64,000 nucleotides of DNA from Syntrophales bacterium (GTDB taxonomy: Bacteria; Desulfobacterota; Syntrophia; Syntrophales; UBA2210): assembly GCA_963662405.2 (NCBI GenBank), contig CAXXKT010000003.1, forward strand, positions 288,001-352,000, read 5' to 3'. Made by a program: the position numbers and the translations under genes. Below are positions 1 to 11,501 of this stretch, piece after piece; positions within the stretch are counted from its first letter, which is position 1; each line of letters begins with the position of its first letter. The notes below the pieces were generated by a model. That model saw only the letters and a program-made list of their open reading frames with translations, was not told the DNA's origin and did not search any database.

Positions 1-366
1 ACCGCCGCCGATGGTGTATATTCGCGGGATAAGATCAAGAATATCCCTCCCCTTCTTTTGAGGAAATATTTTCAGGTCGGCCAGAATCAATGGAAGGGAT
101 ACTATCGGGTGAAACGGGAGCTCCGTGATACGATCCAGTTCAGACGATTCAATCTCATGGAGACCTTATCCGCGGAAGGTCTCTTCGACATTATTTTCTG
201 CAGGAACGTAATGATATATTTCGATAAAGAGACACAGGGAGCCCTCATCGACCGATTCTACGGATGCCTGAAAAAGGGAGGATATTTCTTTGTCGGGCAC
301 TCTGAAAGTCTGACGGGGCTGAGACAACAGTTTCAATACATCGAGCCCAGCGTGTATCGCAAATAA
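1..366 (+). CDS. cheR: Chemotaxis methyltransferase CheR, 3' part (runs in from the left edge)
   Basis: Frame open from base 1; FDIIFCRNVMIYFD and FVGHSESL motifs of CheR; first gene of a che cluster. Confidence 0.93.
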   Translation, partial: TAADGVYSRDKIKNIPPLLLRKYFQVGQNQWKGYYRVKRELRDTIQFRRFNLMETLSAEGLFDIIFCRNVMIYFDKETQGALIDRFYGCLKKGGYFFVGHSESLTGLRQQFQYIEPSVYRK

Positions 367-382
367 GGTCGGGTGGAGTAGT

Positions 383-865
383 ATGGGGAAGATAGTGGTT
401 GGAATTTCGGACCTGAAGGTGAGCGCAGGCGTCGATGATGTGCTGATTACGTATGCCCTTGGATCATGCCTCGGCGTCGTCGTGTATGATCCGTCGGTGA
501 AGGTGGGGGGGCTTTTGCACTTTATGCTCCCGGATTCATCGCTCGATCCGAACAAGGCTAAGGGAAGCCCGGCCATGTTTGCCGATACCGGGATACCGCT
601 CCTCTTTAAATCATGCTACCGCCTGGGAGCCGAGAAGAAACGTATGATCGTGAAGGTCGCCGGCGGGGCCAATATCCTGGACAGTGCGAATCGTTTCCGG
701 ATCGGCCAGAAGAATATCACCGCATTGAGAAAGATATTTTGGAAAAATAATGTTCTGATCGACGGTGAAGATGTCGGTGAAGGGAATCACCGTACCATTC
801 AAATAGGTATTGCAAACGGCGCGGTGATGGTGAAAAGCGCTGATGGAATTTTCAAGGAATTGTGA
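383..865 (+). CDS. cheD: Chemoreceptor glutamine deamidase CheD
   Basis: ALGSCLGV, GLLHFMLP, KVAGGA and EDVGE motifs. Confidence 0.93.
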   Translation: MGKIVVGISDLKVSAGVDDVLITYALGSCLGVVVYDPSVKVGGLLHFMLPDSSLDPNKAKGSPAMFADTGIPLLFKSCYRLGAEKKRMIVKVAGGANILDSANRFRIGQKNITALRKIFWKNNVLIDGEDVGEGNHRTIQIGIANGAVMVKSADGIFKEL

Positions 866-874
866 GGGGTAATC

Positions 875-1306
875 ATGTCTTTCAATGTACTGATCGTGGA
901 TGATTCCAATTCGATGCGTGCCGTCGTAAAAAAAATTATTACCATCTCAGGATTCAAGATGGATCAATGCATCGAGGCGGGGAACGGGAAAGAGGCATTG
1001 GAGGCACTGTCGGATCGGTGGGTAGACGTCATATTATCCGATATCAATATGCCCGAGATGAACGGTTTCGAACTGCTGAAGCGGCTCAAGGGGGATGAGT
1101 TCCTGAGAGATATTCCCGTTGTTTTTATCAGCACGGAAGGGAGCGAACAACATATCCGGAGCGCCTTTGAGATGGGGGTGAGGGGGTTTATCAAGAAACC
1201 GTTTCTTCCCGAAGAGGTCAGGAAGATGCTTTATGAAGTCATAGGGGTGAGCGATGAAGGAGAATATGAAGAAGATACCGGAGACGATGACGATTTCGAT
1301 TTCTGA
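875..1306 (+). CDS. Single-domain response regulator (CheY-like) with acidic tail
   Basis: IVDD, SDINMP, STE and KPF receiver motifs. Confidence 0.9.
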   Translation: MSFNVLIVDDSNSMRAVVKKIITISGFKMDQCIEAGNGKEALEALSDRWVDVILSDINMPEMNGFELLKRLKGDEFLRDIPVVFISTEGSEQHIRSAFEMGVRGFIKKPFLPEEVRKMLYEVIGVSDEGEYEEDTGDDDDFDF

Positions 1307-1697
1307 GGTTTTTGAGAGGATGTTTTTTATCTTTCTCGAACCCCCGGATGAGGAATCTCAGAGACATGATATCGAGGCCGCGATCCGCTTTGAGGGTCCT
1401 CTCAGCGGTGAGGTACGGATTTTGCTATCACGGGATATGGCACGGGACATGATTTGTAATATGTTGGGGATGGGCGAAGCGGACATTACGGATCAGACGG
1501 TTGAAGATTGTTCAAAAGAGGCGGTCAATATGGTCTGCGGAGACTTCCTCAGTAAATTGGACAGTACCCAGGTCTTTTCCTTGTCGGTCCCCACGTTCGA
1601 ACCGTCGCCGCAGGATATTCCCCTCGGGGGGGGTGCCTGCAGGATGGATTTCGTGTCCGATGGAAAGGGCGTAGGCGTAATCGTTGCCGTTGAATGA
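1254..1697 (+). CDS. CheX/CheC-like phosphatase family protein
   Basis: EAVNMVCG (ExxN) motif, LSVP, position in che cluster; start uncertain. Confidence 0.7.
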   Translation: MKENMKKIPETMTISISEVFERMFFIFLEPPDEESQRHDIEAAIRFEGPLSGEVRILLSRDMARDMICNMLGMGEADITDQTVEDCSKEAVNMVCGDFLSKLDSTQVFSLSVPTFEPSPQDIPLGGGACRMDFVSDGKGVGVIVAVE

Positions 1698-1771
1698 ATC
1701 GGTTAGACTGAGGAAATGAACTGGTTGCTTCTGTGCGTGCAGGGGCCCCCTGCAGTGGTAGTACGGTTTTG

Positions 1772-2284
1772 ATGAACGAGGAAGAGCTCAAATTATACGA
1801 ATACTATCTGAAGCCCGGATACATATACCTGAACCGAGAACCTTCCGTCATATCAACGGTCGTCGGGTCCTGTGTCATGGTGTCACTCTGGGACTGCAGT
1901 CAAAAATATGGCGGGGCGGTTCATTATCAATATCCTTTCATCGGCGACAAACAAGAGGCAACCGCCCGGTATGGAAATGTGGCGATTACCCATCTCGTCA
2001 GAATGCTTTTAGACGAAGAGGCGGACAGAGAGAATATGAGGGCCCAGATATTCGGAGGAGCGGCGTTGCCGGGATTGGCTCAGTGTAGGGAAGTGGCACG
2101 GGAGAATATCAGGATCGCCAGAGGCGTGCTGCGGAGATTCAACATCAGGATTGTGTCCGAAGATGTGGGAGGAGATGTAGGCCGAAAGCTGGTTTACAAC
2201 ACCTTCAGTAACGAGGTGATCGTCTTTAAAGCGACACAACTTCGCCGGGAGGACTGGTATCCGTATAGGAACGGTAGGGGATAG
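1772..2284 (+). CDS. cheD: Second CheD-family deamidase
   Basis: YYLKPG, TVVGSCV, GAVH, QIFGGA and EDVGGDVGRK motifs; ATG 1772 preferred over GTG 1733. Confidence 0.88.
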   Translation: MNEEELKLYEYYLKPGYIYLNREPSVISTVVGSCVMVSLWDCSQKYGGAVHYQYPFIGDKQEATARYGNVAITHLVRMLLDEEADRENMRAQIFGGAALPGLAQCREVARENIRIARGVLRRFNIRIVSEDVGGDVGRKLVYNTFSNEVIVFKATQLRREDWYPYRNGRG

Positions 2285-2323
2285 ATGAAATCACGAGCGA
2301 TGGGTGGAAAGTGATCGAATTGA

Positions 2324-3406
<1,083 letters not shown>

Positions 3407-3409
3407 CGT

Positions 3410-5605
3410 ATGAAAGGATATGATTCTTTAACAGATTTGATTAACAACTTGGCGTCCGATTTCTTGATGATAGACGGAAGAGAGATTGATGTGCCCGCCG
3501 CAGGAAAATTCCTGAATATCTTGGATGGGTTGATAAAAAAAGCGGACCATCACAAGGCCATTCCCCTGAAGTCCGTCGCCGGGTGCCTGTCTTCCCTTTT
3601 GGAGAAGATTGTCCTGAACGGCGTCGAGGACAAGGAGGCGGGTTTCGACGCCCTGGAAAAGGGGATTACCCTGATGCAGGAGATTGGGGAGAGCTTCAAA
3701 AATACCGGAGCGTATGACGGTGACATTGAGCCCTTTACGGATCTGGTCGTTACCCTGACGGGCGAGCATGTCCCGGAGGAGGTGCCCGCGGAGCCGACCG
3801 CGGAAAACCAGGTCCCCAAAGTGGCGGAGATGGGTGACGAGTCACTGCTCAGGGACTTCATTGTCGAGGGCCTCGAATATATCGATGAGATCGAAGTAAA
3901 TATCCTGAACCTGGAACAGGATCCCGAAAACAAAGAGTATATCAATGTCATCTTCCGACCGTTTCACTCCATGAAGGGGGTGGCAAGTTTCCTGAACCTG
4001 GACGAGATTCGTGAGCTTGCCCACAGCCTGGAAACCATTCTGGACAAAGCACGGAATGATCAATTGTCGGTGACACCCGGTCTGATCGATGTGATCCTTG
4101 ACGGGGCTGACGTCCTCAAAGAGATGATAATTCAATTGCGTGCTTCCCTCGAGGACCCTCCCCCGAAACCCCTGGAGGTTGACCTGCCCGCTTTGAAGGC
4201 GCGCATAACGGATATCGAGGAAGGGAAGGCCGAGACCGTCGATGCCGACCGGGAAAGAAAAAAGGTGGGGGAGATCCTCCTCGAAGACGGATCGGTTACG
4301 GATGAGGTCCTGGAAGAAGGTCTGAAGATTGCCGAACAGGGAACCCCGCCGAAAAAGATCGGTGAGACCCTGATAGCCGAAGGGAAGGTGACCCCCCGGC
4401 AGGTATCACAGGCCCTGAGAAAGCAGGCAACCCAGAACGTTGATGCCGGTGCCATTCGGGTCGACATCAGGAAACTGGACGATCTGATCGATATGGTCGG
4501 CGAACTGGTGATCGCACAGTCTATCATCCGGCAGCACCAGATCGTTCAGTCGAACGGAGACAGCAAGCTGGCCAAGAACATCGTTCAACTGTCCAGTATT
4601 ACCTCGGAAATACAGAAGACATCAACCAGCCTGAGGATGATTCCGATCAAACAGACCTTCCAGAGGATGGCCCGCCTGGTGAGGGATCTATCTAAAAATG
4701 CCGGAAAATCCATTGGTGTGGTGATGGAGGGGGAAGACACGGAGATCGATCGGAACATGGTGGATGAGATATATAATCCCCTCGTTCACATGATACGCAA
4801 CGCCGTCGACCACGGCATCGGGCTTCCCCAGGAACGAATCAAGCAGGGAAAACCCGAAAGGGGGATGATCCGGCTCCGGGCCTATCATCGGGGTGGAAAC
4901 ATCGTCATTGAGATCGCCGACGACGGCAAGGGCCTCGATAAGGATCGGATCCTGAAAAAGGCCATCGAAAACGGGGTAGTCGACAAATCACACACCCTTT
5001 CAGACGCGGATATATATCGACTCATCTTTCATCCCGGTCTCTCAACCGCCAAGGAAGTGACGGATGTTTCTGGCAGGGGGGTCGGCATGGATGTGGTCAA
5101 ACAGTCCGTGGAAAAACTGCGGGGAAAGATAGAGATCGACAGTACCCCCGACGAGGGCTCCACCTTCATTACCCGCTTTCCTCTGACCATGGCCATTATT
5201 AACGGGATGATCGTGCGGGTGGGGAGCGAGAAGTACATCGTTCCCACGGTGGCGATCAGGCAGCTCTTGCGTCCCGAGCAAAAGACGTGCAACAAGATCG
5301 CCGGGAAGGGAGAGACGATCAATGTGATGGGAAACCTGATGCCGCTGGTGAGGCTCTATGAACTCTTACAGATAGAGCCTGAGCATGTCAACCCCTGGGA
5401 GGCGGTCACCGTGGTGATTGAAGGCGAGAATGGGGCAAAGTGCGTTCTTGTTGATGAGATTATCGGTGAAGAAGAAGTCGTGATCAAAAGCCTGGGCGAA
5501 GGACTCAAAGGTGTCCGCGGATTGTCGGGCGGTGCTATCATGGGAGACGGTACCGTCGGATTGATCCTGGATCCCGAGGGTTTGTTTGAGTTGAGTGAGG
5601 CATAG
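3410..5605 (+). CDS. cheA: Chemotaxis histidine kinase CheA with a MshEN-like segment
   Basis: HPt FRPFHSMKG, dimerisation LDDLIDMVGELVI, HATPase RNAVDHG and SGRGVGMDVV, C-terminal CheW-like domain. Confidence 0.96.
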   Translation: MKGYDSLTDLINNLASDFLMIDGREIDVPAAGKFLNILDGLIKKADHHKAIPLKSVAGCLSSLLEKIVLNGVEDKEAGFDALEKGITLMQEIGESFKNTGAYDGDIEPFTDLVVTLTGEHVPEEVPAEPTAENQVPKVAEMGDESLLRDFIVEGLEYIDEIEVNILNLEQDPENKEYINVIFRPFHSMKGVASFLNLDEIRELAHSLETILDKARNDQLSVTPGLIDVILDGADVLKEMIIQLRASLEDPPPKPLEVDLPALKARITDIEEGKAETVDADRERKKVGEILLEDGSVTDEVLEEGLKIAEQGTPPKKIGETLIAEGKVTPRQVSQALRKQATQNVDAGAIRVDIRKLDDLIDMVGELVIAQSIIRQHQIVQSNGDSKLAKNIVQLSSITSEIQKTSTSLRMIPIKQTFQRMARLVRDLSKNAGKSIGVVMEGEDTEIDRNMVDEIYNPLVHMIRNAVDHGIGLPQERIKQGKPERGMIRLRAYHRGGNIVIEIADDGKGLDKDRILKKAIENGVVDKSHTLSDADIYRLIFHPGLSTAKEVTDVSGRGVGMDVVKQSVEKLRGKIEIDSTPDEGSTFITRFPLTMAIINGMIVRVGSEKYIVPTVAIRQLLRPEQKTCNKIAGKGETINVMGNLMPLVRLYELLQIEPEHVNPWEAVTVVIEGENGAKCVLVDEIIGEEEVVIKSLGEGLKGVRGLSGGAIMGDGTVGLILDPEGLFELSEA

Positions 5606-5633
5606 AGAGAGATAGAAAGAACGTATAAGGAGT

Positions 5634-6020
5634 ATGGGAATGAGTCTTGATAAGAACATGAAGATACTAGTGGTCGATGATTTTGCCACGATGCGGAAAG
5701 TCATCAAAAATCTCTTAAAGCAAGCGGGATACAATAATATCGTCGAGGCCGAAGATGGCGCGGAAGCATTAAAAACCCTGAAATCGGTGAATGTGGATTT
5801 TGTCATTTCCGACTGGAATATGCCCAACATGAACGGACTCGAATTCCTGAAGGCCGTCAGAGCGGATGGTGAAATCTCCGGTAAACCGTTCTTGATGGTA
5901 ACGGCGGAAGCCCTCCAGGAAAATGTTGTCCTTGCGGTGAAGGCCGGTGTGAACGATTATATCGTAAAACCATTTACAGCCGAGGTCTTGAACGAAAAGA
6001 TCGAAAAGATTTTAAAATAG
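5634..6020 (+). CDS. cheY: Chemotaxis response regulator CheY
   Basis: ILVVDDFATMR, SDWNMP, MVTAEA and YIVKPFT closely follow canonical CheY. Confidence 0.95.
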   Translation: MGMSLDKNMKILVVDDFATMRKVIKNLLKQAGYNNIVEAEDGAEALKTLKSVNVDFVISDWNMPNMNGLEFLKAVRADGEISGKPFLMVTAEALQENVVLAVKAGVNDYIVKPFTAEVLNEKIEKILK

Positions 6021-6036
6021 TCCCTAGGAGGAAGAC

Positions 6037-6510
6037 ATGGATGTCAGGTATATCAACCCCTTTTTAATGGGGACAGTGAGTGTACTGAAAATGATGGCCT
6101 CTGTCGAACCGAAGCCGGGCAAGCCCTATCTCAAGAAGAACAGTTTGGCAGTCGGCGATGTCTCGGGAATTATCGGTTTGACCGGATCGGTTGCGGGATC
6201 GATGGCCCTGAGCTTTTCCGAGAAGGCGATATTGAAGATTGTGTCAAATATGCTGGGAGAAAACCTGACAGAACTCAATGACGATATTTCGGATGCCGTC
6301 GGGGAGATCACCAATATGGTTTCGGGGGCATCCCGGAAAGAACTCGAGGCGATCGGTCTGACGATCACGGCCGCAATCCCGACGGTCATTGCGGGGAAGA
6401 ACCATTCGATCAAACATATCCTGGGGGGGCCCAGTCTGATTATCCCCTTTGAGACGGAAAACGGACCTTTTGTCGTCGATGTGTGTGTCAGTGATAATCA
6501 GAGCTCGTGA
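6037..6510 (+). CDS. cheX: CheY-P phosphatase CheX
   Basis: YINPF, VSGIIGLTG, DAVGEITNMVSG and IPTV motifs. Confidence 0.92.
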   Translation: MDVRYINPFLMGTVSVLKMMASVEPKPGKPYLKKNSLAVGDVSGIIGLTGSVAGSMALSFSEKAILKIVSNMLGENLTELNDDISDAVGEITNMVSGASRKELEAIGLTITAAIPTVIAGKNHSIKHILGGPSLIIPFETENGPFVVDVCVSDNQSS

Positions 6511-6603
6511 CGGAAATATGTCCGAATATCCAATCGGTGGATAGTCGAGCATGCCGCGGAAAACCAAGGTAAGCCACCTTGTTGGAGGGGGAACGGGGAA
6601 ACG

Positions 6604-8145
6604 GTGGAACGGAGACTCCAGGCTACAAGCTACTTGAACGATGTGTTCCGGCACATTCCCATTCCCATTATTGGGTGGGACAAGGACCGGAGGGTCACGA
6701 TCATCAATGAGGCCTTCACCGGAATGAACGGCTATGCCGAAGCGGATATCGCCGGCCAGTCCCTGGAGATCCTGTTCCCCGATGAAATCCGCTTCGATTC
6801 TCTTCGAAAGATGGAGCAGGCAGCGTCGGACGGCAACCGATTGGTGGAGATTCCGATTCTTCACAAGGGTGGCGGGATCCGGGTGGGGTTGTGGAGCGCT
6901 TCGACCGTGTACGGGACGGACGGTGGAGCGCCTGTCGTTACGATCGCTTCCGGGCAGGATATTACCGAACACAAACGGCTTGATACGCAATTCATCCATG
7001 AGCAGAAGATGGAGGCAATCGGTACACTGACGGGAGGGATAGCCCATGATTTCAATAATGTCCTTCAGGGCATTTCCGGGTATACCCAACTCCTCCTGAT
7101 GAAGAAACCGGCGAATGACCCCGATCGCGATTACCTCGGCCATGTTGAGGAATTGATCCAGGTAGCGAGCAGACTGATCAGACAACTCTTGATCTTCAGC
7201 AGAAAAGGGGAGAAAAAGATCGGGCCCCTTGACCTGAATCGGGAAGTCACCCGGGTCATGAGGCCCCTGGTCAGGATGATTCCCCGGATGATATCCGTCG
7301 AGACGCATCTCTCCGACGATCTCCACCAGATCAGGGCGGATCGGAGACAGCTTGAATCGGTTATCATGAACCTCGTGTCCAATGCGAGAGACGCCATGCC
7401 GGACGGCGGCAGGCTGGTGATCGAGACAAAGAATACGACCCTCGACGAGTGGTTCTGCCGTGATCATATCGGTTCCGTCCCCGGGGACTATGTCATGCTG
7501 GCCGTTTCAGACAACGGTTGCGGCATGGATCGAAAGACGGTGTCGCATATCTTTGAACCCTTTTACACAACAAGAGAGATCGGCAGGGGAACAGGCCTCG
7601 GTCTTGCCACCGTATACGGTATTGTCAAAGACTCTGACGGGTATATCACCTGTTCCAGCGACCCGGGTCAGGGGACCCTTTTCAGCGTCTATTTTCCGGC
7701 GCTGGGGGTGGTGGGAGACGAAAAGGACCTCCCGGTGGTCGAAGAACCGGAAATCATCGTTCCGGTCCGGAAACAGACGGGGACCATCCTGGTTGTTGAT
7801 GACGAATCCCCCATTCTTGATATAGCCTGCGATATCCTGGGCCAATACGGGTATACGACCATGACGGCGGAAAACGGGGAGAGAGCGATTGAAATCTACG
7901 AGAAGGAGCAAGACCGGATTGCCCTTGTCCTCTTGGATATCGGGATGCCCGGCATGGGGGGATACCGGTGTTTCCAGGAACTGGTGCGGATGAATCCTGC
8001 CGTGAAAGTTATAATCACCACGGGGTATGCCGCCAGCGACAAGGTAGAGGCGATGCTTCAGGCCGGCGCCACCGGTTTCATCGGGAAACCGTATCGGTTG
8101 GTTGATATGATCAAGAAGGTAGAAGAGGTCCTGAATAAACAGTAG
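6604..8145 (+). CDS. PAS-domain hybrid sensor histidine kinase (CckA-like, C-terminal receiver)
   Basis: GIAHDFNN H-box, NARDAM, GTGLGL, C-terminal LLDIGMP receiver; start uncertain. Confidence 0.9.
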   Translation: MERRLQATSYLNDVFRHIPIPIIGWDKDRRVTIINEAFTGMNGYAEADIAGQSLEILFPDEIRFDSLRKMEQAASDGNRLVEIPILHKGGGIRVGLWSASTVYGTDGGAPVVTIASGQDITEHKRLDTQFIHEQKMEAIGTLTGGIAHDFNNVLQGISGYTQLLLMKKPANDPDRDYLGHVEELIQVASRLIRQLLIFSRKGEKKIGPLDLNREVTRVMRPLVRMIPRMISVETHLSDDLHQIRADRRQLESVIMNLVSNARDAMPDGGRLVIETKNTTLDEWFCRDHIGSVPGDYVMLAVSDNGCGMDRKTVSHIFEPFYTTREIGRGTGLGLATVYGIVKDSDGYITCSSDPGQGTLFSVYFPALGVVGDEKDLPVVEEPEIIVPVRKQTGTILVVDDESPILDIACDILGQYGYTTMTAENGERAIEIYEKEQDRIALVLLDIGMPGMGGYRCFQELVRMNPAVKVIITTGYAASDKVEAMLQAGATGFIGKPYRLVDMIKKVEEVLNKQ

Positions 8146-8149
8146 GGTC

Positions 8150-9532
8150 TTATCCGAGCTGGTATCGCTTTAATTTCTCTACGAGCGTTGTCCTGTTCAG
8201 CTTCAACAACTTCGCCGCCCTGTTTTTGACCCCGCCTGATTCATCCAGGGCCTTGCGGAGGAGATCTTTCTCGAATTGGCAAATGGTCTCATTCAGATCG
8301 AGGCCGCTTTCAGGGATCTCTATCTCATGGGAAGCACCCACGGTGTCCCCGACATTGTGCCGCATTTTATCGGGCAGGTCCGCCATCTCGATCGTTCCGT
8401 ACTCCTTCATAACGACGAGCATCTCCATCAGATTCTGGAGCTCCCGGACATTGCCCGGCCACTGATACTTCATCAGGCAATCCATGGCCTCGGGCATCAG
8501 CTTCTCGACATTTTTCTTTTTCAGCCTATTGAATTCCCGCAGGAAATGGTTTGTCAGGACCGGGATATCCACCTTGCGTTCCCTGAGGGAAGGGAGGTGG
8601 ATCGGGATCACGTTGATACGGTAGAAGAGATCCTCCCTGAATGTCTTTTCCATGACGGCCTTTTCCAGGTCCTGGTTCGTTGCGGTGATGATCCTGACAT
8701 CCACGTCGATGGTCTTCATTCCGCCGATACGTTCGAACTGTTTCTCCTGTATCACCCGCAGCACCTTGACCTGCAGCGTGGGACTCATGTCGCCGATTTC
8801 GTCGAGAAAAATGGTTCCGCCGTGGGCCAATTCGAAACGACCCATCCTGCTCCGCACCGCACCGGTAAAGGCCCCCTTTTCGTGGCCGAACAGTTCGCTT
8901 TCAAGGAGTTCCTCGGGGATTGCCCCGCAGTTGACGGTGACAAGGGGGCCGTTCTTGCGATCGCTGTTGAAATGCAGGGCCTGAGCGACTAATTCCTTGC
9001 CGGTCCCGCTTTCACCGTATATTGCAACCGTACTGTCGGACGAGGCCACCTTCTTGACCCTCTCGACGACGGCCTTCATCCTCTCGCTGTACGACACGAT
9101 CTTTCCGAAGTTATATCTCTTCTCGAGGTGGCTCCTGAGCGCGATGTTTTCATCCCGCAACCGTGCATGTGACAGTGCGCGTTTCACCGTCAGGACGACC
9201 AGGTCATGCTTGACGGGCTTGGTGATATAATCAAAGGCCCCCATCCTCATGGCATTGACGGCATTATCCACCGTCGCATGACCGGTGATCATGATAACGA
9301 TATTTTCGGGATTAATCTCTTTTATGAATTTGAGGAGTTGCAGTCCATCGACATGCGGCATCTTCAGATCGGTGATGACCAGATCATACTTGGCGCAGGG
9401 AAAGGCGTCCATTGCCTCCCTGCCGTCCTTGACCGCCGTGACCTCATACCCCTCTTCGGTCAGGAGTTCCGCCAGATTTTCTCTGCTGAGATCGTTATCT
9501 TCCGCGAGCAGTATCTTATAGGCCTTTTTCAT
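8150..9532 (-). CDS. Sigma54-dependent response regulator (REC-AAA+-HTH), FleQ/FlrA-like
   Basis: GESGTGKE, ESELFGH, GAFTGA, WPGNVREL; HTH ends in RTTLVEK as in FleQ/FlrA. Confidence 0.92.
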   Translation of the reverse strand: MKKAYKILLAEDNDLSRENLAELLTEEGYEVTAVKDGREAMDAFPCAKYDLVITDLKMPHVDGLQLLKFIKEINPENIVIMITGHATVDNAVNAMRMGAFDYITKPVKHDLVVLTVKRALSHARLRDENIALRSHLEKRYNFGKIVSYSERMKAVVERVKKVASSDSTVAIYGESGTGKELVAQALHFNSDRKNGPLVTVNCGAIPEELLESELFGHEKGAFTGAVRSRMGRFELAHGGTIFLDEIGDMSPTLQVKVLRVIQEKQFERIGGMKTIDVDVRIITATNQDLEKAVMEKTFREDLFYRINVIPIHLPSLRERKVDIPVLTNHFLREFNRLKKKNVEKLMPEAMDCLMKYQWPGNVRELQNLMEMLVVMKEYGTIEMADLPDKMRHNVGDTVGASHEIEIPESGLDLNETICQFEKDLLRKALDESGGVKNRAAKLLKLNRTTLVEKLKRYQLG

Positions 9533-9700
9533 TATAACCTTCAGACAGTGGAACAGGAACGAATTATTTCCACCTGAGCAGCGACAGTTTTTTGACGCGC
9601 CCGATTCTATGAAATGAAATGTATTATAGCAAGGATTTTTTCATTTCGGCACGGAATCTTTCCTGCCGTGCTCAAAACCCGCGGTGATGAAGGATCTGTT

Positions 9701-9994
9701 TCACCGCTCCGTTTTGAAAAGCGACTCCAGTTTCTGTCGCGGGTCTTCCCCCGGTTTTGTCCCGGTCCCGGCCGATGGCGAATCGGCGAATTGGAAATAG
9801 TCGCAGAAGTTGCTCCGATCTTTCTCCACGACCCTTTCCGCCTGGGGCTCACGACAGTCGTTATACGATCCGTGATCATAAAACCGGCAGTTGCGGCAGA
9901 CGTGCAGATCGTTTCCGCAGAAGGGACAGCTATCCCTCCTTCCCACCGTCGTATCGCTCTCTATCTCTTTTTGACAGGCATGACACACGCGCAT
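9701..9994 (-). CDS. Small Cys-rich (zinc-ribbon-like) hypothetical protein
   Basis: CHAC, CPFC and CRNC pairs plus further Cys; ATG at 9994. Confidence 0.75.
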   Translation of the reverse strand: MRVCHACQKEIESDTTVGRRDSCPFCGNDLHVCRNCRFYDHGSYNDCREPQAERVVEKDRSNFCDYFQFADSPSAGTGTKPGEDPRQKLESLFKTER

Positions 9995-10282
9995 AATAGG
10001 GTCCTTTCGGGGAGAAACGCCGGCGTGAGAATTCCCCATGGGAAACAATATGAAAGAAAAACGTTTCCTGACGCCGTTTTTCTTAAAGCCTTTGGCATCG
10101 CCTCCGAAATATAAGACAATACATGCCCCCTGCATTTTGTCAATTCATTTTGTGGGTAGCGTTATGCAAGGGGGGAAGACCCTAATTATGTAAATTATGA
10201 AGTTATTCCATTGACACAATACCATGCCCGTCGTATGGTTTTCTGCACGGGTATGGGGTGTCTACTACATACAGAGGAGTGG

Positions 10283-11392
10283 ATGATGAAGAGACGGAGC
10301 TTTTTTTCTTTCGTTAGGCTGTTTTTCATAGTGGCGACCCTTTTCCTGCTTCTGGTCCTGGCAGGAGGGTGCTCGGATGATGGGGGGTCTTCTTCCAACA
10401 CAAGACATTCGTCACAACGAGCCGCTCCGCCCGCCCCCGTGCTTACCCTGGAACAGTACAACGGAGGATTCTTCTCGATCGAAAAGCCGCGCGGGTGGGA
10501 GATCATCCCGGCGGGTCAGTGCAGCTCCTTTGCCTTCCTGATCCGCGATCCGCAGGAACACCGGCGCCAGATCTTTCACTTCGGCGAAGTCGGTCCCGTC
10601 TATATGGACCACCGGCAGAAACAGCTCGACATGCAGTACACGCAGATGGGCGGGTACCCTATCCAGTGGATCGAGATGCCCGTTGTCAATCCCTTGACGC
10701 CGGCCAACTTCCTTGCCCGATTCCACCTCATCGCGCGGACCCGGATCGCCCAGTCCTTCATGCCCCAGTGCCCGCGGCTGGAAGGTTTCTCGGTCATATC
10801 CACCACTCCGCAGCAGTGTCCGATCAACGGCGGAAGGACCGAACTGATCCGCGCGCTCTTTACCCGGAACGGGAAGGTGGCCGAAGGGCTCTTTATCGCC
10901 ACGGTGGCCCCCGTGATGCCCATGACCGGAAGCCCCGGCGGGGGAACCGCCTACGGTTTCCTCGTGTCCGGGATCACTGCTCCGCGCGGGGAATTCCCCC
11001 ATCTTCAGGAGGCGCTCACCCGGTCGATCGGCAGCTACACAATCAGCCAGGACTACGCCAACCGCTGTCTCCAGCAACAACGGTCGGCGTACCAGGCGAT
11101 CGCGCGCGCGGGCCAGACCCTGCGGGAGACCTCGGACATCATCACCAAGGGGTGGGAGAACCGCAACAAGACCCATGATATCCTCGCCGAGAGACGGAGC
11201 GATACGATACTCGGCAAGGAACGCCTCTACGACCCGGAAACGGACGAGGTCTATGAATTCGAAAACGGTTTCTACGACACCTACGACCTGAACCGGCAGC
11301 AGTACGAGATGAACAACCTCCAGCAACTGCCGAACGACAGCCATAATCTATGGATGCAGGCGCCCCTGGACGGTCCCCGGAACCTGCGGTAG
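10283..11392 (+). CDS. Hypothetical exported protein, possible lipoprotein
   Basis: GAGGAG RBS before ATG 10283; basic N-terminus, hydrophobic stretch, imperfect lipobox LAGGC. Confidence 0.7.
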   Translation: MMKRRSFFSFVRLFFIVATLFLLLVLAGGCSDDGGSSSNTRHSSQRAAPPAPVLTLEQYNGGFFSIEKPRGWEIIPAGQCSSFAFLIRDPQEHRRQIFHFGEVGPVYMDHRQKQLDMQYTQMGGYPIQWIEMPVVNPLTPANFLARFHLIARTRIAQSFMPQCPRLEGFSVISTTPQQCPINGGRTELIRALFTRNGKVAEGLFIATVAPVMPMTGSPGGGTAYGFLVSGITAPRGEFPHLQEALTRSIGSYTISQDYANRCLQQQRSAYQAIARAGQTLRETSDIITKGWENRNKTHDILAERRSDTILGKERLYDPETDEVYEFENGFYDTYDLNRQQYEMNNLQQLPNDSHNLWMQAPLDGPRNLR

Positions 11393-11501
11393 TCAGACCC
11401 ATTTGGTGTGATCGTATTGTGTGGCCCGTCGCCCTTATCATGCGCGGAAGTAATCTGATAGGGGAGGGTCGTGATATGTTCAGATGCGTCGAGAAAATAA
11501 T

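Noticed and set aside
6244..7467. 407-aa antisense ORF (and similar long ones at 10412-11344, 29568-30824, 30985-31965)
   Set aside because: Shadow or alternate frames of well-supported genes in GC-rich DNA; no motifs
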